DNA from: Candidatus Omnitrophota bacterium
Lineage (GTDB): Bacteria > Omnitrophota > Gorgyraeia > Gygaellales > Profunditerraquicolaceae
Direction: 5' to 3'
DNA: 62,788 nt
Assembly: GCA_018825985.1 (NCBI GenBank)
Contig: JAHKAP010000035.1
Coordinates: forward strand, 1 to 62,788
The position numbers and the translations under genes were made by a program. Below the pieces are notes generated by a model, which was not told the origin of the DNA, did not search any database, and saw only the letters and a list, made by a program, of their open reading frames with translations. Within the stretch, counting starts at the first letter, position 1. Each line of letters opens with the position of its first letter. This document shows, one piece after another, positions 15,001 to 21,000 of this stretch.

Positions 15001-18000
15001 CCCTATCCGGGAGAACACCTCTGATAGTAATAATTCATCTTCGCCGATACCTGAGAATAACTTTATAAATACGGAAAAGGTTGGTGAGAAATTAAATCAA
15101 TATCAGTTTGACCATCATTTTGAGATGCTACAGCGGTGGATGCATATGTATCCGGTTATCTGCGGAGACAGCGTGCACACTATCTGTAAGTTTTTATCCG
15201 AGACATTTCATCACGATTTCTCAACCAAAGAGGAAAATTCTTTTCCTTATCTGGAATTCGCTTTTGTGGTCTTTACCGGAGACTTTGCAGCGCGCCGCTT
15301 ATGGGATATTGTCAGAAGCATGGTTTACGCCGGAAATGATAAGGACTTGAGGTTACATCTTTGTTTGAAAATTTACTTTTCCGAAACCAACAGCTACCTT
15401 ATTGACGGAGCAGCTAATGTATATGATAAAACCTATGATCGCAAAATAGCCTTTTTGCCTTATGAACAAGCGTTGAATGAACTAGGTTATAAAGAAAAGG
15501 GGCTCTTTTCCGACCCTCTTAAATTACTGCAATTTCTAAAGATAGTATCTGTTTCCAGCCCAGTAACATTCCCGACAGCGAAAGGGACTAAATTTCATAA
15601 TATTATCGAGCCAGGGAGAAAAGGATTCTGGCAGGCTCAAGACCCGGTTAAACTTGTATGCGCGGACTGCGTTGGTACGGTATTCTTTACCCGGGAAAGA
15701 AATATCTATCTGGCCCTGACAGACCCCCAGGCGTATAAACAGGATATATTGAATCAGTGGGAAGGATACGGATGTTTTGATGCCAGTAGAATTTTTGACA
15801 AGAATACCAAGGCGCTTATTTCTCATGTAATGAGAAGGAGTATACCCGCAGTATCGCTTAAGGCGTACCTTATTTCCCAGGGTTTAATTGAACAAAATAT
15901 ACAAATTGACCCCGCGCCTGAGGGTATAAACGAATTTGTCGAGAATATGATTTTATATGTCTGGCCGGATAAGGCCTTGAAAGTCGCTTATGATATTCCC
16001 AGGATTTTCAGGAGTCCGTATATCGTTGTTAACCGTTATTGGCTGGATTTCGGTTTTACCCTGTTACGTATTTCTTCCAGCCCCATCACGGAAACTGTTT
16101 CCAAGTCAATCGGGACAGTGGGTAATGGGGCCAGCTCGCCGATTGCTACGAGAGTGATAAAGCCGGGGGTACCAGTAGGCACATCGGTATATAGAATTAC
16201 TAAGCCTGAACAATTGCGCCAGTTTATCGGAGAAGGCGTGGCCAAAGTAAAAGAATACTGGGATCATGCAGTGGCCTATAAAATAACGGGGAATAGAGAG
16301 AGATTAAGCGCGTATGCATTTATATACACCTATATAAGAGGCGTTAAGGTTAATGGCCTTTACCAGTCTGTAGGAGGGACGCGGCATAAAAGATATCCGA
16401 ACGAGGTGGATGCGATTATAGACGGGCTGGAACTTTCTAGAGATATGACATATAAGAATGCTTTGGCCGGCATTCCTTTAGGTGGAGCAAAGGCAGTTCT
16501 TATGAATAAAGATAAGGAAATCTTAAAGATTTTTGCTTTGACACTTGAGGCTTTAGGAGTAATGCTCACGGGCCAGGATGTAGGCATATCTGAGGAAGAT
16601 GTGAATTATATGGCTGGATTCGGACCGCATGTAATTTGCGGCACGCCGGACAGAGCCTTGGGTGGCGAACCCACTGCTCCTTATACCTCTCTGGGGCTTT
16701 ACCACGCCACAATTGAAATGATTAAAGTGGCACATGAAAGAAGAATTCTAAGTTTTCATTCGCCAAACTTAAAAGATTATGGGTTTGGCTTACAGGGGTT
16801 AGGCGCGGTGGGAAGCAGGGTTTTGGAACATTTACTTAACGCCGGGGCAAGGGTGTATGCGACAGATGAGAAATCATTTGTTATGGCTAGTATTGCTAGA
16901 GAGCACTGCGAGGCTATATCAAGCGGCCAGTTAATATTAGTGAGGCCGCAGGAAATTTATAAAGTTAAAGGCGCGCAGATTTTTTTACCATGCGCCTTAG
17001 GCGGGGTATTAAATAATGTGACCATTCCATGGCTTTCTGATGCAGGTTGCAAAATGATTATTAGCGGGGCGAACAATGATTTAGATAAACCGGAAGAATA
17101 TTACAGCCACCTTATTCTTGAGAAAGGCATGATTCATATGCCGGGTTTTGGCGCTAATTCGGGAGGGGTATTAGCTGCCTTATGTAAAGTGGGAGGATAT
17201 GATTTAATAGAGAAGGTTACCCAAGGGATCCCCGCCAGGGTAAGACAGATTGTAGAGATATCCCTTGATGAACGCAGGCCTTCCTATGTGGTTGCAAAGG
17301 AGATTGCTAAAAAAATCGTGCGGCATTCAAAGATAGATTGGCAAGCCAGAGAGCAAGCCGCCTCGCCGGTAACCAGATATTCCGCAGATGAAGCGGTTAA
17401 GCGATGGATATATTTATGGCAAGAGATTAAATCCGGCCAAAAATTAGGTTTTAAATGTAAAGATATGCCTTTATGTTTAAATATAGCATTAAACATTATT
17501 AAGCCCCTTGATAGCTCAGAGCCACAACAATCAATACGACTTACTGTTGTAGATCTTGGGCATAAGCGAAATAAAGTTCAGGCCTGGCTTACTTATCACT
17601 ATGATAAGCAGATTCGTCTTTTAACACTGGCGGAAATTAAAGGAAGTCGTAGGGTAAAAGGATTAGGGGCGGTATTGGTATTAGAAGCTATAAGCCGTCA
17701 TCGGGAAGCTGAACAGGTTGTATTCAGCCGCCCTAAGAAAAAAGGCCGGATATTAATTAAGAAGCTGGAATATGTTGGCATCATCTGTAGCGTAGAGACA
17801 ATTGTTCAGCAGGGGAGGCTTTGGAGAATCTTGGGTTCGCATTTTGCAGATAATAAAAGAGCATACATCATTTGGGTCCGCCTAACTAACCTTACCACTG
17901 CTACATCTTTTGTTTCCAGCTCACCGGCCGCCTCGCCGGTGGAGAACGAAAATGTAGAGTATCTTTCAGTAGAAAGTAAAATAATGGAGGGGCGCCAGGA

Positions 18001-21000
18001 TATAATAGATGCTTTATCTAAAGGGAAACAGCCTCCTTTATTTGAAGTACAGTTTCATCCAAGCGCTATTTGCAATAATAGATGTCTTGGGTGTATCGGA
18101 ACAGCCATTAACGCTATCATTAAAAGCGATGGACGTAACTGCAATGCCCTATTGCTTTCCAGGGAACAGTTTTCTAAGGCTTTCGCAGATATAAGAGAAT
18201 ATAATGCTTATATAACGAGGATTCCCGGACAGCGTCCTGTCGAGCGCCTGATATTTTCCGGACTTACCGGAGAGCCAACCTGTAACAGATATGCTATTGA
18301 TGCGTTGAGAGAAGCCGCCGAATTAGGATTTCATAATACCTTATTAACAAATGGAAGGCTTCTAAATAATGATCGAAAGAAGGAAATCGTAATTACTTCT
18401 GTTAATGATATCATTGTTAGTTTATATGGAGCTACGGCTAAGGCCTATGGATTTGTCGCAGGGGTAGATGAAAGTGCCTTTAGGCCGCTTATAGAAAATA
18501 TAAGAGGATTGGTTCAAATAAGGAATATTAGAAAGCTTGGCAGCAAAATAGGAATCGCGTTTTTAATTGAGCGCGGAAATTATAAAGGAGTCATAGCCGC
18601 TACAAAGATAGCCTATGAATTAGGAGTAGATTTTATAAGATTTAGGGCTATTATGCAGGCTAATGAAAGGATGTTAGCCCCGGAACAGTGGAAGGAGTGC
18701 GAAGAAGGCCTGTCTTTCGCTAGAGAAAAGTATGAAACTGATAGCTTTAAGGTTATGGTTACCTCTGATGATAAGAAAACTTCGCCTAATGCGGAGAAAA
18801 GCTGCTTAAACTGCGTTGCTTGCCAAATCATGCCAGTGATAGGGCCTGATTTCAAGGTTTACCCTTGCCCTCACTTAAGTTATTTCGGCGCGGAAGATTA
18901 TGGTTCTCTCGAAAATTCTTCATTAATTGAGATATTGACGGGAGAACGAAGCAAACGGTTGATTGAAAGGATTGTTTCTAACCCAACTGATATTGTTTGT
19001 TCGCCAAGAAGGAGCAGGATAAATGAGCTTTTTAAGACAATAAAAAGCGGTTCCTCCAGCTCACCGGTGGGTTCGACTTTTGGTTCTCGGTTTCTGGTTC
19101 TCACAAGCACCGAGCACCGAGCACCGAGCACCGAAGGCGCCGCCTCGCCGTTTGGCCAGCTATCAGCTATTATCCGTCAGCTATCGGCTAAATATAGCTC
19201 CAATAGTTTACCGGCTCAGCCAACCGGATCCGGTTTATTTGCGGAAATATTTTTGCACCGGCCCAATGATAAAAGCTCTGAATTTGAAGGTAAATATTTT
19301 TTGATCCATACGAATGATTTACCATTCTTCAGGAACGAAGTTAGAAACTTGCCTGTAGTGGAAGGTATTGTTACTCACTTATCTGTGGGTATTGGCAGAG
19401 CCCGGAAGAACGGCCTTAAGTACGCAGGCGTCGCTATTCCAGCCCCGGGGACTAAATACGGCTTTGTTATAAAAGGCAATAGATGCGCCTCCAGCTCGCC
19501 GGCCGCTTTGCCGCTGGCGCACCGTGCACAGTTCTATCATAAATCATCTTCCGCTATAGAGTTAGACAGAAACGATCTAAGTAGTAGGCTGCAGGCTCAG
19601 GCTGTCTCCCGCCTTGAGGGCGGGTTTAAACAGAACAATTGGTATGCCATAAAGTTTAATTCCAGCGAAAAGCTGATTATTGATAAGGCCCAGTCCAGAG
19701 TAGAAAAGTTGTTAAGTCCTTATTATAGAAAACAGCTGGTTCGATGGAGGCCCGTTGATCCTCATGAATGGGGGCTTATTTTTATTACTCCTATAACAGC
19801 GTGGTTTTCGCCTTTTGTTTATCTTACCTATAAAGGTAGATTCAAGAGCGATCTTGATAACCAGGATCATTTTATACGGATTAGAATAGGCATGAGCGAG
19901 CAGGATCTTTTCCGCGTAACGGCTCATGAAAAAATACATAGCTTGATCCATTCGGGGGCGTTAGAAATAGATGAAGACAAGGAGATGGTATTGGCGGAAG
20001 CCATTGCCCTTATCGCTTTATTCCAGGAATATGGGATTATAGAACCGGATTATTTTAATTTAAGCGGAACTCCTCCCATGATCGTGGCCGCCATAAAAGA
20101 AGGGGAGTTCTTGGTAAACAATGGGGAGTTTAGTATTATCGAAATACGACAGAGAGCAGCGTTGCGTGAAGAGTATTATTATAAGGCAAGTTATTGTTTT
20201 ATTGCAAGGATGGTGGGGCGACTGACCCATGTAACGTTTAATTCAGAACCCTACTTGACCTATATTTATCAACGTATGCTCACCGGAGCCGTCCTAAAGG
20301 CGATAAGGACTAAAACACAGGAAGGTAATGTGTATCAGGAAGCTGTGTCTTTACTGATAAGTATGAGTACCGGTCTTCAGGATTTTTTTGAATCGGATTA
20401 TTCCATTCGCCGCAAACTGTCGGCCCAAAGAAGTTCAGGTGTTGATTTTAAGTTTTCTGTTTCTGCGGATGCGGACCCGCAGGGTCAAGAGCCCGGACAG
20501 ACAGTTTCCTCTTCGCCGGTAATTATTAAGGAACAGACCCAGTGTCCCGAACAACTCGGAAACAGTTTCCCCTTTGGGGCGGTTGTGGGGATGTTGTTAA
20601 GGGTGGCTCATTCCTCTTCGCCGGTTAATGATATTAACCAGGAGAGCTTGTACAATACCGTCAATTTAATATTGGAGTTAGGGGAACCAAAGAATTATCC
20701 GCTGGCATTAGTATTATTAGATGAGCTTTTTAAATATGATCCCCAGGATATAAGAATAAAGGATATTTATCTTGATCTTGCCGGCCATAAAAGAGGATAT
20801 GTTGAAAATGCCATTGATAAACTTGAAGAAATTATCAATACCCCGGATTTCTTTTCTCCGGTAGCCCATTATATACGGGCTATACTGAATTTTGATAAAG
20901 GCAATTTTAAAGAGTGCATAGCTGATTTGGATGAAGCGGTTCGGCTGTCCAAGGGTGTAGAAAATCGGACCAGGTATATTTTTGAGAAAATCCGCTATCT

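Noticed and set aside
19080-19304. 74-aa + strand ORF in an alternative frame over the heptamer repeats.
   Set aside because: It is generated by the repeat tract, is nested in the giant ORF, and has no supporting features.
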